From an uncultured Gammaproteobacteria bacterium (GTDB lineage Bacteria; Pseudomonadota; Gammaproteobacteria; UBA9214): DNA of 64,000 bases. A program made the position numbers and the translations under genes. Below are positions 50,830 through 63,446 of this stretch, piece by piece; position 1 is the first letter of the stretch, and the number at the start of each line of letters is the position of its first letter. Under the pieces are notes generated by a model. It had not been told where the DNA came from, did no database searches, and saw only the letters and a list, made by a program, of their open reading frames with translations. Where the stretch lies: NCBI GenBank assembly GCA_963773065.1, contig CAVYZN010000009.1:1-64000 (forward strand). The letters run 5' to 3'.

Positions 50830-53800
50830 CTACTGCCTTATATCGACCCAGTTGCGGCGGCCATAGGCGAAGTTGGGGCCTTTGGCCTCGAGGTCGATCG
50901 TCTCGATGGTCGTCACATCGGCGGGGGTTCCGTCGATCGGTGGACGAATTACCGCTGCCACCGTCATCCAGTTGGCCCTTGTCGATGTCGAGGAGTTTCT
51001 GCTCCGGGACATGGCCGGGGGCATAATCACGGTACTTGTCATACTGGGCCAGGTCCGGATTGTCGGCCAGCAGTTGACCGAGTTCCAGCAGCGCCTGGTT
51101 GATGGCTGCCTCGTCGCTGTAGCGCCTGCGCCGCTTCCAGCGCCTGCAGGGCCGCGGCGTATTGCGTCGACCAGGCTCCAGGATCGGGTCGGTCAGTTTC
51201 TTGTATTCACCGTAGGTCAGGCCGCCGAGCTCGATGTTGACCTTGCCCGCGTAGTTGGGGTCGCCGTAGCACGGGGTGCTGGCGGGGTCCGCATTGCGCA
51301 TTTCATCCACCAGGGCGCTGTAGTGCCAGAACATGGTCACTTCATAGAGCAGGCCGCTCTCATTCGGACCCTTGGTGGTGTCGTCGGCCGTGATGGTCCC
51401 CTTGCTGCTGACCGTAAAGGCCTTGGCAACGGTGCCACCAAAACGGGTTCCCTTGTTGTTCGGCAGGGTGCTTGCAGCCTGCAGCGTGTATTCAGCCGCA
51501 TTGGTGCCGTTGTTGACCTTGAGCAGTTGCACCGTCAGGGCGCCGTTGCGCCAGCGGTAGCCGGACCCCTCCTTGCTGGGCAGCGCGGTGATATGCAGGT
51601 TCTTCGCCGGATCGCGCAGATAGTCCATCGGTGGTACCGATTTCGGATCCACGCCGCCGCAGTTGTTGTAGGTTTTCGGTGTCACCGTACCTGCCTTGAT
51701 CGCGGCCACGGCCGCCTCCGCCCGTGTCAGGGTGGCCCGGTCCGTGTAGCAGATCTTGTCCCGGTAGTCGTGCAATCCCAGCACACACGCCGGCCGCGTG
51801 GCGTGGATGCCCGCCTTGAGTATCGACTGCTGCCCGAAGCCGACGCGCAGCGTCGGTGTCTCGCTGAGCCCGTGCTGGATCGCATAGTCCCCGGTGGGGC
51901 AGGTCGTACTGGGTCTAGCGTAGATATCCGCCAGGGTGAAGACGAGACCGCCGCCATTGACGGTATCAACCAGCGCCGAGGGCGCCTTCCCGCTTTCGAG
52001 CTGGGCGGTGATCATGTCCTCGTAGGCTTTCACCGGCCAGGTGCGGCAGCCGATCTGCAGGATGCCGTCGTTGGAACGGTCCGCATTGGCCAGCACCACG
52101 ATGAACTTCTGGTTCGGATCGAGCGGCGTGGTGCCCCCCAGGGCATAGACCTCGGACTGCATGCTGCCTTCGGCGACGCCGTTGGCGTCGGTCTGCAGGG
52201 TGTCGTAGGCCCGGTTCAGTTCGCCTTCCACGGCCTCGATGCACTTGTCGCCGCTGCTTGTCGACACCGTGACCTGCTTGCTATTGGTGGCGGTGCTGCA
52301 GGGCGCCGAGACCGCTGACGACGGCTTCCAGGCTGGCCAGGCCGCGCCGCGGTTCCAACTGGAACAGATCAACCCAGGTGACGCCGTTGATGGTGTCGTA
52401 CTCGTGCACATGGCCGTCAACGCCGCGGCCCAGCCCGTCGCTGGTCGTGACGTTGTAGCCCTCGCTGTGCTTGCTCACCGCGTTCGGGGCGACGCTCCCG
52501 CCCAGAAAGGCGGAATTCGGGCTGTCCGTTTCCACGTCGATATGGCCGTTGAAGAAGGGCCCGGACGGCGCCGGGAGTGGCGGGAGCGGCAGGATGATGC
52601 CGTTGATGAACATCTTGTCGGTGCCGAGCCTCAAGCGGGCGAAGGTCGGCTGGGCGATATTGCCGACGCCCAGCCCCAGGGCGACCGGCGCCTTGTGGGG
52701 TGCCGCTGACCGTAACGGTATCGCCGTCGTCGAGAACGTTATCGCCGTTCAGGTTGTAGACCACGGTGTTTAGGCGCTCAGTGTGCCATCGCCCCCGGTG
52801 GCATAGTCCAGCGACATGACCCAACTGTCGCCCTCCAGCGTGCGTGTGCCGCAATTGAGACCGGTCGGGTTGTTGCTGACGAACTGCACGCGGCCGGCGC
52901 GCACGAAGGGCGTGCCCAGCAGCCGCTCGCCGCAATTCGGCAGCGCCACCGTCCAGCCCTTGTGCAGGGTGCATGAGGTCGACGGGAACGGGCAGCGGTA
53001 ATTGACCGCCTGCTCGGTGGGGACGATCCGTACGTTTTCCGTCGGACCGCCGCTGATGAACTGCTTGCTGGTTTCGGCCAGCGTCTGGGTCTGCAGGTCA
53101 GAGCTGTCGTAGGGCAGACCGGCCTTGAACGCCGTCACGACTGTTGTGTCGGTCGAAAGATATTCGGAGGTATCGATCCAGATGCCATAGATGGCCTGTT
53201 TCTTGATGAAGTTGCCGGAGCCGGCGGGGTCCTCCCCGTCATTCAGGGCATCCTCGATGCTGAAGACGCTGCCGGTACCGAAATAGACCATGTAGCCCTC
53301 TTCGGTCGGATGTTTAGCCACGGTCGGTGCGTTGCTGATAGGCTGGTCGGGACTGCCATCGAAAACCTTGATGTAGGTACTGGCTCCCGGGTTGGACTGG
53401 TTGATTTCGAACATCCACAGGTCGCCATTGAGGTCGCCGGCGAAGGCCAGATCGGGTATGTCGTCACCATCCGTGCTGAGCAGCGTGGGCGCCGACAGGC
53501 CGCCGAGGCTGCCGCTGACCGTGACGGTATGGACGGTGTTGAAGTCATCCAGGCTGACGAACTTCAGCGTGGTGGGGTGCCCGCTGGCCGTGCTGTAGCC
53601 GTTGCCGGTGATGATGTACCAGTCGGGGTCGGCATTGTCGGTCCCGAGCGGGGCGATCTGCGGTTTGCCGTAGATGTAGCCGAAGCCGTCAGACAAGGTT
53701 TTTTCGAACAGGATCTTGCTGCCGGTGAAGGCCGGGTCGGTCATGTCCAGCGCGAACAGGCCGGCGAAGCCCGGACCGCCCCCGCCGGCGAGGATGGTGT

Positions 53801-54682
53801 GCCAGTTGGCGCCGATTTGCGCGGAACCCTCATTCAATTCACCGCCGAGGTAATAGGTGTGATTGTAGGCCTGATCGCGCGCCGCCAGCAGGCTGAGATT
53901 GCCGATGACCATGGACGGAATATAGGCAAACACCTCGGAGCCGTCCGCCTCGTCGAGGATATGCAACATGCCGTCGTTGGCGGGTGCGGCGATACGCCCG
54001 GCGCGGCTGGCGTTGGCGGTCGCGAAGGCGGTATAACCGGTCACCTTCCCAAGCAGTTCCTTGGGTGGGCCGATATAGACCAGTGAAGTGGTGATGTCGC
54101 CCAGCAGGCTGTAACGGGTGCGGAAGTAGCCGTCGATTGACTCTTTCGTTGGTATGGTCGCCGCGGATGTAATTCAACACGTCACTGCCGTAGGGATCGG
54201 CATTGATGGTCGGGTCCGCCGACGGCCGCCGTCACGGTGGCGGGATCCAGCGCCGTCCTTTGGGTCGGGCTGAGCTTGTCCCAGAAGAAGTTCTTCTGGC
54301 CGGCGTTGTTGGTAATGATATTGCGGTTCTGCCAGTAGTTGGAATCAGCCGCTTCCTCGGCGGCAAACGTGGCGCGCGCCATCCAGTTGCTGCCCGGAGC
54401 CGAAGGGGGATTGGAACCCACCAGCGCATCCGTTGTGCGGGTGCCATCCGCCAGGATGTCGTACTCGATGACATCACCCTGCCATGCCCCGTTCTCGAAC
54501 CATGGCCGGTAGGCTTTGGTGGCGCCCGCGGTGAGATCCCTGTCCTGCATCGCATACTGTCCGATCGTGACCGGAGGCTGGGTTGAAGGATTGAATACCA
54601 CGACGGCAAAGATCAGTGTGCTGATGCCCAGCGCCAGCAGCGCAACGATCTTCAGATGACGGTTTTTGGTTGCTATCTTCAT
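50830..54682 (-). CDS. pilY1: PilY1/PilC adhesin with several frameshifts and a long C-terminal extension
   Basis: WQGDV, ANDGMLH, EVFAYIP, FAGDLNGDLW, MVYFGTG, KGW.VAL across frames; lies between pilX and pilE. Confidence 0.8.
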
Positions 54683-54698
54683 GGTGCTTCTCCAGTGA

Positions 54699-55302
54699 TC
54701 AGGGCGTAGGCGGCAGTGGATCGGTGACGACCACCGACTGCACGATGCGTTTGGCTCCGCGCGAGCTCTCGCTCTGCGCGGTTACCAGAAAAACCTGCAC
54801 GATGGCGCCGGGCAGGGGGTTGATTGTGCCAGTGTACGAGGCATCTTCGCCCTTGCTGTTATCGAGTCCCCGCGTTCTCAATGACATATTCGCCGGTGCC
54901 GTCGTCCGCCGTGCCGTCAGCATTCGTGTCGCTGCCATCGGCGTTCATATCGGGGATCGAAATTTTTTCGCTGGTGAAGGGCCACACGAGGTCCTTCGGC
55001 GTCCCACCGGGGGTCGTATCCACGGTGTAATACTGGTCATCGTCACCCCAGGCGCCAAACGGCACGACCCCTGCTTTGGCGATATCCTCGATATCCTTTT
55101 CGCCTCTTGCCAGCACGTACTCGGCATTGTTGAGGGCGGTCGTCTGGAACTGGGCATTGCCCGACATCAGGTTTTCAAGCCGGGAGAGGTTCATGCCGAA
55201 GACGCCGAGGATGGTCAGGATCAAGAGAAAGATCAGCGCCATGAACAGCGCGGCGCCGTCTTGCCGGTGTGCCGCGGGTAGCTGGTGTCGGGTGTATCGC
55301 AT
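54699..55302 (-). CDS. pilX: minor pilin PilX (frameshifted)
   Basis: QDGAALFMALIFLLILTILG...LENLMSGN...AE. Confidence 0.82.
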
Positions 55303-55316
55303 AATCGGATCTCCGC

Positions 55317-56325
55317 TTAGCGGTTGCGCAGCCTGATGGTCGAGGTATAGAGCTGGCGGCGGTAACCGTCGTTGGGCGTGTAATTCGCGCCGGCCATGGT
55401 GTAGGTTGACTCGTTGGTAAAGCCGGTTTCCGGACACTCGGCGCGCACCAGCAGCCAGATGCGGGCGGCGATGACCTGGCCCCACATGGCATCACCGGCG
55501 GCCGCGGCATCCAGGTAGCTGTCGACGGAATTGTCGTTGTCGGTGTCCACGCCGTACTGGACCTGGAAGTCATCCACGCCGTAGGCGATTTCCTCGGTGG
55601 CCAGTGCCCCGTTCACCAGTGTCATACGATACAGCGACGGGACTTTGCCGGCCGTGGGGCACTTGTCGTTCGTGCTGGCGGCATGAATGAAATAGCCGTG
55701 GGCCACGAGCTCGGCGGTTCTGACCGCCGGGGCGTCGATGAGTCGGGACACGCCCGTCACCCTCGCCATCACGCTGCCCTTGAACAGCCGGCCTTCGAAC
55801 AGCGAGGACCGCAGATAAAACTGGTCATTTTAATAACTTCGGGGTGGTCACGCCACCGACTTCCCAGGGCGCGGCATAGCGCAGCACCAGGATATCCCCC
55901 TTGTGAACCGTATCGGCGGGCAGGCAGGTATAGCCCGTGCGGGTGTCATTCTTGCCGAAGATCCGGTGGGTCAGCATGCGCGCCCAGTTTGACATCCGCA
56001 CAGGTGCCGTCATCGGTGGCCACCTTGTCGCCATTCTGGCCCCGCCCGGTGTGTGATCCTCGATTGCGGTGATATCGGCATTGCCGCCCCAGAAGCCGGC
56101 CCGGCGCACGTCCTGCTCGAGGGTTTCCATGGCATAGCGGCCGTTTTCCTGCAGGCGTCCCAGCGAGTCCTGCACCACGAAGCTTTTCTTGGAGCTGAGA
56201 AAGATTTGCCCTATCCCCGCCAGCAGAATCAGGGTGATGACCAGCGCCACCATCAGTTCAACCAGGCTGAAACCGCGGTTAAGGCTGGGCAGTCTGGATA
56301 GGTTATTTCCGTTGCTCATGTTCAT
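55317..56325 (-). CDS. pilW: minor pilin PilW (frameshifted)
   Basis: GFSLVELMVAL, LQENGRYA, DVRRAGF, QVQYGVDTD, TIRLRNR. Confidence 0.85.
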
Positions 56326-56820
56326 TCCGAGTAGACCAGGCGAAAACAGCGGCGATCGTCTTTACTGAGTGGCGGGCAATTGATGCCGGTAGCGCCAGAG
56401 CGCGCCTCATCCCAGTAGACCGTGATGATATGGGTAAGGCCGTCGCAGCCGTCCGCTGTATCGCATTGCGTGATCTCGCTGGCGCCGCCGGGCAGCCTGT
56501 TCACGCTGTCGCGCCACTCGGTGAGGTCGGTCAGCGCCGTGCCGGTGGCGCTCGTATCCCCCGGGGCATCGGTCAGGCCAATGACATACTCGCCTGCACG
56601 CTGACTCCCTGTGAGGGTTGGCGCGCATGCGGTCGGTGATGTCATAGGCCGCCTGTGTGGCCAGCGTGCGCATGGTGGCCATCTGGTTGGAGCGCAGTCC
56701 CGTGGTCTGCAGCGCGGCCAGTCCCAGCAGGCCGATGGACAGGATCAGCAGGGCGATCAGCACCTCGAGGAGGGTGAAGCCGTGCTGGTTCTTTTCCTGG
56801 ATGTATGTTTTGCCTGGCAT
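56322..56820 (-). CDS. pilV: minor pilin PilV (frameshifted)
   Basis: GFTLLEVLIALLILSIGLLGLAALQ, DRMRAN, ITVYW. Confidence 0.87.
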
Positions 56821-56837
56821 CGTCGTCATATCCCTGT

Positions 56838-57416
56838 TCAACTGCATGCGCACTTGCACGTCGAGACCAGGGTGTGTCCCTGTTGTGTGACTGTCAATCT
56901 TGCGGGCCTGATTTTTCTCGCAGTTCTTGGCCTTGAGCGTGAATTCAACCGTTTTCACCATTTTCATCTGGACAGCTAGTTGGGTGATAGGTGGTGCCAG
57001 ACAGGCCGGTGGGGAGAAAACGCAACGATTGTCGGCATGGTTGTCAAGGTACTCCCCGATGAAAGACCGGTGCGGGTCGCCATGATGCAGTCTTCCGTTT
57101 CGAGACACTTACCCGTGCCGACATCCGGGGCATTATTGAGGTTCAGGTCCGAGAAAACGATCCAGCCGTCCGCCCAGGTGTCCTTGCCGGTGCACGTTGC
57201 CTGGTTACTACTGGCGCAGACCACCGCATTCGTGCCGCGTTTCAGGGCTTCGCTGCGCGCGAGCTGGATGGCGGAGACCAGATCATTGGTCTGACCCGTT
57301 ACGCGGTTGTTCTTGATAAAGTCCTGGAAGGACGGAACGCCCGCGGCCAGCAAGATGGTCAGCACGACGATGGTGATCAGTAATTCCACCAGGGTAAATC
57401 CGGAATCGTTATCCAT
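56838..57416 (-). CDS. fimT: FimT/FimU minor pilin (frameshifted 3' end)
   Basis: GFTLVELLITI, ARSEALKRG, W..GWIVF.D. Confidence 0.82.
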
Positions 57417-57795
57417 AGTCAATGTATTACAAACCTCGCTCATCAATGTCATCCGCTATAAGATAAGCGGCTGATATTACCCGACAGGCGGCCTGTTTGC
57501 CTCGAATTGTGCGCCAGTTTTCCGGCAGTTCTTGCCGGAGAAAGCGCGCGTAGTCTGGCAGACTTTAGAAAACTCTCAAGGTATTCCACTCGTCCGCAGG
57601 GAGAGGGCTGGAGTGGTGAGCCGGTACGGCTGAATCGTGTTAACCCCTGATCCCCCGGCACCGCCCCTGTGTGTAAAGGGGGAGATTCATAACGGCGCCT
57701 CTCGTTATCGGTAGGAAGGCGGCGTGCTTTACCCGATTGCTGCCTGCCCGGGATCGGTTGACAGGTCAGGATGACGTGATGGCGAGTGACTATTA

Positions 57796-58896
57796 ATGAT
57801 GGACTGTATCGTCGTGGGCGGTGGTCTGCTGGGACTGTTGAGCGCGCGAGCCCTAAGCCAGGCCGGGGCCGCGGTCACCCTGCTGGAACGGGGAGAGACC
57901 TGTCGTGAATCCTCCTGGGCCGGCGGGGGGATTTTGTCGCCACTGATTCCCTGGCAATATCCGGATGCGGTCTCGGCGCTGGTTACCTGGAGTCAGCAGG
58001 CCTATCCGGTTTTGGCCGGGGAATTGCAGGTAGAGACCGGCATCGACATCGAATGGGTGCGGAGCGGTCTGCTGATGCTCGATGTCGAGGTTGACCGGAT
58101 GATCGAGGATTGGGCGGAGCGCTATGATTGCCGGCTGCTGGCCCTCGATGGAGTTCAGACAAAATCGCTGGAACCGTGCACTGGCGGACGGTTTCCGGTC
58201 TTCGATCCTCATGTCTGATGTGGGGCAGATACGCAACCCGCGTCTTTGCAAGGCTCTGCGCCTATCCCTGCATCTGCGGGGCGTCGCCATTCACGAGAAC
58301 ACGGCCGTCCTTGGGCTCATCGCGCGGGGTGGGGTGATTCAGGGGGTCAGGACAGACCGGGGGGAATACCACGCTGGACGGGTCGTTATCGCCGCCGGCG
58401 CCTGGAGCGCGCAGTTGCTCAAGGACTCCGGGCTGGAACTTCCCGTCAGCCCGGTGCGCGGCCAGATGATTCAGTTCCGGGCCCCTGCGGATATGCTGAA
58501 GCATATCGTCCTCTATCAGAACCATTATCTTATTCCTCGCCGGGATGGCCTCATCCTGGCCGGCAGCACCGTGGAATACGCCGGTTTTGACAAGTCGACG
58601 ACGCCGGAAGCGCGCGATGAACTGATGCGACGGCAATCGCCCTCGTTCCGGCATTGTCCGATTGCGAGCTTGTCAGGCAGTGGGCCGGTCTGCGACCCGG
58701 ATCGCCGGACGGGGTACCCTTTATCGGTGAGCATCCGCGGATTCAGGGTCTGTTTGTGAATACCGGTCACTTCCGCAACGGCGTGGTGATGGCGCCGGCA
58801 TCGACACGGGTTCTTCTGGACCTGATGCAGAACCAGACCGGTTTTACGGATCCTGCTCCCTATGCGATTGAGAAATATGTGAAATCAAATGCTTGA
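57796..58896 (+). CDS. thiO: glycine oxidase ThiO-like FAD oxidoreductase (frameshifted)
   Basis: VVGGG..G, SSWAGGGILSP, PVRGQM, WAGLRP, GHFRNGV. Confidence 0.85.
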
Positions 58897-58944
58897 AACG
58901 GCCGGGCGTAGACGCTGGGCAGGATTGCGGATTATACTCAGTAC

Positions 58945-59385
58945 GTGGAAAAACACTCTCATAGACAAATGCTTAGCTCACATGATCTGGCGGGGCTGCT
59001 GAAAAGCCATGATATTCTTCCGACCCGCCAACGGGTGATAATCGCGCGCGTGCTGTTTAACCGCGTCCAGCACCTTTCCGCCGATCAGGTAATGCAGTAT
59101 GTGAATGACGGCAGGGACCATGTTTCCAAGGCTACGGTCTATAACACGCTGGGACTGTTTGCGCGCAAGGGGCTGATCCGCGAGGTCATCGTGGACCCCA
59201 CGCGGGTGTTCTATGACCCCAACACGAGCAATCATCACCATTTCTACAACATCGATACCGGCGAACTCAGGGACATCGAGGCTACCGAGCTTGCCATTGA
59301 AGCGCTGCCTGAACTGCCGGAGGGGACGGTAGCCGACGGTGTTGATGTCATTATCCGCCTGCGCAACACCGCACAAACACACTGA
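58945..59385 (+). CDS. Fur-family regulator, Irr-like
   Basis: TRQR, HLSAD, SKATVYNTL, HHHFY; no CxxC. Confidence 0.88.
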   Translation: MEKHSHRQMLSSHDLAGLLKSHDILPTRQRVIIARVLFNRVQHLSADQVMQYVNDGRDHVSKATVYNTLGLFARKGLIREVIVDPTRVFYDPNTSNHHHFYNIDTGELRDIEATELAIEALPELPEGTVADGVDVIIRLRNTAQTH

Positions 59386-59454
59386 GTCTGCATTGGCCGG
59401 CCGTTGCCACTTTTGCTTCCTGTACCATCGTCGTTCTATACTCCCACGCCGCAC

Positions 59455-59530
<76 letters not shown>

Positions 59531-59571
59531 TTCCATCCTTACACGAGTGTATTTTCGAAGCGCCCTCTATA

Positions 59572-59693
59572 GTGTTCATCCATAAACACCGTTCTCACCG
59601 CAGAGACGCAAAGGACGCAGAAGAAATTCTTTAACGGAAACAATTAAACACTTTGCGCCTTTGCGGTGAGTTTATTTCTTTATGGATGAACAC
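59572..59693. mobile_element. MITE with perfect 15-bp TIRs and TA flanks, containing the GxxExxY-type arms
   Basis: TA|GTGTTCATCCATAAA...TTTATGGATGAACAC|TA; inner CTCACCGCAGAGACGCAAAG / CTTTGCGCCTTTGCGGTGAG (59594-59670). Confidence 0.78.
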
Positions 59694-59970
59694 TATTTTG
59701 AAGGACAGGCTGCAAACGAGTTGGCAAAACCTGTATAGTCGTTACCCGGAATTTCTGGTTGCTTGCATACCCGGCATGAGTCTCTGGTCGCGGTCTTTTC
59801 TAAGGGTGTCTTGCCGCGCGGTGATTGGCGAGGCAACCCGTTAAGTGACTTCTCACCATTGGCAAGTCGGGGATCCCTCTCCTCTCTCCCGGCCGTTAAA
59901 CCGTGAAAATCCGATGAGGCTCCTGTGTCGCGGGTTTTTCATTATGGAGAGTGACAGGCACTACCAGACT

Positions 59971-61791
59971 ATGATCGAGAATCTGCGAAATATCGCCATC
60001 ATTGCGCATGTAGATCACGGCAAAACTACCCTCGTTGACCAGCTTCTGCGCCAGTCGGGAACGCTGGATGCACGGGTTGTGATCCCTGACCGGGTGATGG
60101 ATTCCAACGACCTGGAACGGGAACGCGGTATCACCATACTGGCAAAGAACACCGCCATCCGCTGGGGCGAGTACCGGATCAATATCGTTGACACCCCCGG
60201 CCATGCCGATTTCGGCGGCGAGGTGGAACGCGTGCTGTCGATGGTCGATTCGGTGCTGTTGCTGGTGGATGCCGTGGACGGACCCATGCCGCAGACGGGT
60301 TTTGTCACCCGTAAGGCCTTCGCGCAGGGGTTGAAACCGATAGTCGTCATCAACAAGATAGACCGGCCGGGCGCGCGTCCGCACTGGGTGCTCGATCAGA
60401 CCTTTGAGCTCTTCGATCGCCTCGGGGCCACCGATGAGCAGCTCGACTTTCCCGTGGTTTACGCCTCCGCCCTGCTGGGTTATGCCGGCGTCGAAGCGGA
60501 CCGGCTCAGTAACGACATGACGCCGCTGTTCGAGGCCATTGTGCGACATGTCGAACCGCCACAGGTGGACCCGGAAGGCCCGTTCCAGCTGCAGGTGTCT
60601 TCCCTGGACTACAGCAGTTATGTCGGCGTGATCGGTATCGGTCGTATCACCCGCGGCCGCGCAAGGGCCAACATGCCGGTTACCGTCGTGGACCAGAGTG
60701 GCAGGCGGCGCACCGCCCGCATACTGCAGATCCTTGGTTTCCTGGGTCTTGAGCGGGTAGTGGTGCCGGAGGCGCAAGCCGGTGACATTATTGCCTTCAC
60801 CGGTATCGACGGGCTCAAGATATCGGATACCCTCTGCGACCCCTCCAGCGTGGAAGCCTTGCCGCCACTGTCCGTAGATGAACCCACCGTCAGCATGACC
60901 TTCCAGGTCAACAATTCACCCTTCGCGGGACGTGACGGCAAGTACGTCACCTCGCGCAACATCCAGGAACGACTCAATCGCGAGCTGCTGCACAACGTGG
61001 CATTGCGTGTGGAAAACACCGGAGACCCGGACAAGTTCCGGGTGTCCGGGCGGGGTGAGCTGCATCTGGCCATCCTCATCGAGAACATGCGCCGCGAAAG
61101 CTATGAACTCGGTGTTTCCCGGCCCGAGGTCATTATCCGGGAAATCGACGGCGTGAAACAGGAACCCTATGAACAGGTGACCGTTGATGTCGAGGAGACG
61201 CACCAGGGTACCGTGATGGAGAAACTGGGCGCACGCGGCGGTGAACTCACGGATATGATGCCGGATGGCAAGGGCCGGGTGCGGCTGGACTATATCATGC
61301 CATCCCGCGGACTGATCGGCTTTCGCACCGAGTTCCTCACCGGGACGCAGGGCACCGGATTAATCTACAGCGTGTTCTCCCACTACGGTCCCATCAAGCC
61401 GGGTGAATACGGGCAGCGCATCAACGGTGTCCTGATTTCCAACGGTGCCGGGAAGGCGCTGGGCTACGCCCTGTTCAATTTGCAGGAAAGGGGGCGGCTT
61501 TTTATCGGTCCTGGCGACGAGGTCTATGAGGGCGCCATTGTCGGCATCCATTCCCGCGGCAATGATCTGGTGGTCAATCCGCTAAAGGCGAAGCAGTTGA
61601 CCAACATTCGGGCGGCGGGCTCGGATGAAAACATCCTGCTGACGCCGCCCATACGCATGAGCCTGGAGCAGGCGCTGGAATTCATCGACGATGATGAGCT
61701 GGTGGAGGTGACGCCGCACCACATCCGGTTGCGCAAGAAGCAGCTTCTGGAGCATGAGCGCAAACGGGCATCACGCATTGCCTCGGCCTGA
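59971..61791 (+). CDS. typA: translational GTPase TypA/BipA
   Basis: [38 protein letters not shown]. Confidence 0.97.
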   Translation: MIENLRNIAIIAHVDHGKTTLVDQLLRQSGTLDARVVIPDRVMDSNDLERERGITILAKNTAIRWGEYRINIVDTPGHADFGGEVERVLSMVDSVLLLVDAVDGPMPQTGFVTRKAFAQGLKPIVVINKIDRPGARPHWVLDQTFELFDRLGATDEQLDFPVVYASALLGYAGVEADRLSNDMTPLFEAIVRHVEPPQVDPEGPFQLQVSSLDYSSYVGVIGIGRITRGRARANMPVTVVDQSGRRRTARILQILGFLGLERVVVPEAQAGDIIAFTGIDGLKISDTLCDPSSVEALPPLSVDEPTVSMTFQVNNSPFAGRDGKYVTSRNIQERLNRELLHNVALRVENTGDPDKFRVSGRGELHLAILIENMRRESYELGVSRPEVIIREIDGVKQEPYEQVTVDVEETHQGTVMEKLGARGGELTDMMPDGKGRVRLDYIMPSRGLIGFRTEFLTGTQGTGLIYSVFSHYGPIKPGEYGQRINGVLISNGAGKALGYALFNLQERGRLFIGPGDEVYEGAIVGIHSRGNDLVVNPLKAKQLTNIRAAGSDENILLTPPIRMSLEQALEFIDDDELVEVTPHHIRLRKKQLLEHERKRASRIASA

Positions 61792-61888
61792 GTGCAATCA
61801 CACCTGCCGTTGCGAATTGGCCCGCTTCAGGCGGATCTGTTCACAATGAACCTTAGAGATATTAACAACAGTTCGGTGGCTGCGACGT

Positions 61889-62461
61889 CTATGGAGTGCA
61901 GGTCGAGATATTGTCGCTGTACATCTTCGGGATTCCGCTGGGCGCCACGACGATCTGTCTGCCATTGTCTTTTCCGCGGTTGTCGCAGATCGACATCATA
62001 GCGGTAGCCCCGCCTTCATTGGTGGAACCGTTCGGGTTGAATTCCAGGTTCTTATTCCAGGCTGAGCTGGTGCGTATATTGACACCGGATGGCGCGGGCT
62101 GTCCGCGGCGTAACAGGATATCGCTGCCTGCGTCGTAGACACTGTTCGCGGCGTTACCGTTATCGGCGAAGATGAGATATCCCCAGGTCCAGGTATATTC
62201 GGTTGGTGAATCGATATTACATTGCGGCGTGCTCGCATTGGGATTCTTGCTTCTGCACAGGATGACACGCACGTCCCGCTTGGCCGCCTCGCTGCGCGCA
62301 AAATGGATATCCGTGATGACGTCGTTGACCCGTGTTGCCAGCCGGTTGTCCTTGATGGTGTTGCTCACGCTGGGTACGGCGGTCGAAAGAATGATGGCGG
62401 CGACGCCCAGTGTGATAATCACCTCAGGAATCGTGAAGCCTCTGCAAGTTTTCTGTCTCAT
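61889..62461 (-). CDS. GspH/FimT family pseudopilin
   Basis: GFTIPEVIITL, ARSEAAKR, ICDNRG. Confidence 0.85.
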   Translation of the reverse strand: MRQKTCRGFTIPEVIITLGVAAIILSTAVPSVSNTIKDNRLATRVNDVITDIHFARSEAAKRDVRVILCRSKNPNASTPQCNIDSPTEYTWTWGYLIFADNGNAANSVYDAGSDILLRRGQPAPSGVNIRTSSAWNKNLEFNPNGSTNEGGATAMMSICDNRGKDNGRQIVVAPSGIPKMYSDNISTCTP

Positions 62462-62606
62462 GTGATCGCCCGATAATGTGGATAAACGACTGGCGGACAA
62501 GGTTGTCCACCAAGGTCGTTATCGACGGTAGTAACGATTTCTGTATACCGCCAATGACGGGTATCGGGCTGATGTCAGGCGCCGCATCGGTGGCGGCGAT
62601 CGTGGA

Positions 62607-63446
62607 CTAGAGGTGAAATCTCATTGATAGATCAATGGCATGAAGGTTCTTCGTCAGTGCGCCGGTGGAAATGAAGTCGACCCCTGTTTGAGCGATGTCG
62701 CGGATATTTCCCAGCGTGATCCCCCCGGAGGCCTCCAGCCTGGCACGGCCGTCGACCAGTTGAACGGCGCTGATCAACGCCGCGATAGTGAAATTATCCA
62801 GCAGCAGGATATCCGCCCCTGCCGCCAGTGCTTCCATGATTTGCCCCTCATTCTCCACCTCTACCTCAACCGGCAGTCCCGGGCTGATCTTGCGGGCGGC
62901 CTGCACGGCCTGCTGGATGGAGCCGGTTGAGGCTATATGGTTTTCCTTGATCAGAATACCGTCATACAACCCCATGCGGTGGTTATGGCAACCGCCGATG
63001 CGTACGGCATACTTCTGCGCCTGACGCAGGCCGGGGATGGTCTTGCGGGTATCCAGGACCTTGACCGAGAGCCCGTTTACCGCATTGGCGTATTGACGCG
63101 CGCAGGTGGCAGTACCTGACAAGGATTGCAGAAAATTCAGCGCGGTCCGTTCACCGGTAAGGATGTGTGCCGCAGGGCCCCGGAGCGTACAGAGGACTTG
63201 GCCGGGGCGGATCGCATCTCCGTCTCTTGTTTCCCAGTTTACCGTGATGTCGGTATCCAGTTCGGCGAACACGGCATTGAACCAGGCCATGCCACACAGT
63301 ACGGCCGATTCACGGCTGATGACGGTTGCGCTGGCCATCCCACCTGCCGGTATCAATGCGGCCGTGATATCACCCGTGCCGATATCCTCGGATAATGCCT
63401 CGCGCACGCTATGCAGCAGCGCGCCTTCAAGAACTTCGAGCAGCAT
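62607..63446 (-). CDS. nadC: nicotinate-nucleotide diphosphorylase (carboxylating)
   Basis: EDIGTGDIT, ERTALN, DTRKT.PG, NHRMGLYD, LLDN, EASGG. Confidence 0.97.
   Translation of the reverse strand: MLLEVLEGALLHSVREALSEDIGTGDITAALIPAGGMASATVISRESAVLCGMAWFNAVFAELDTDITVNWETRDGDAIRPGQVLCTLRGPAAHILTGERTALNFLQSLSGTATCARQYANAVNGLSVKVLDTRKTIPGLRQAQKYAVRIGGCHNHRMGLYDGILIKENHIASTGSIQQAVQAARKISPGLPVEVEVENEGQIMEALAAGADILLLDNFTIAALISAVQLVDGRARLEASGGITLGNIRDIAQTGVDFISTGALTKNLHAIDLSMRFHL

Noticed and set aside
57452-57790. c-di-GMP riboswitch upstream of the pilin operon
   Set aside because: Only an isolated GGCAAA; the remaining GEMM consensus is absent
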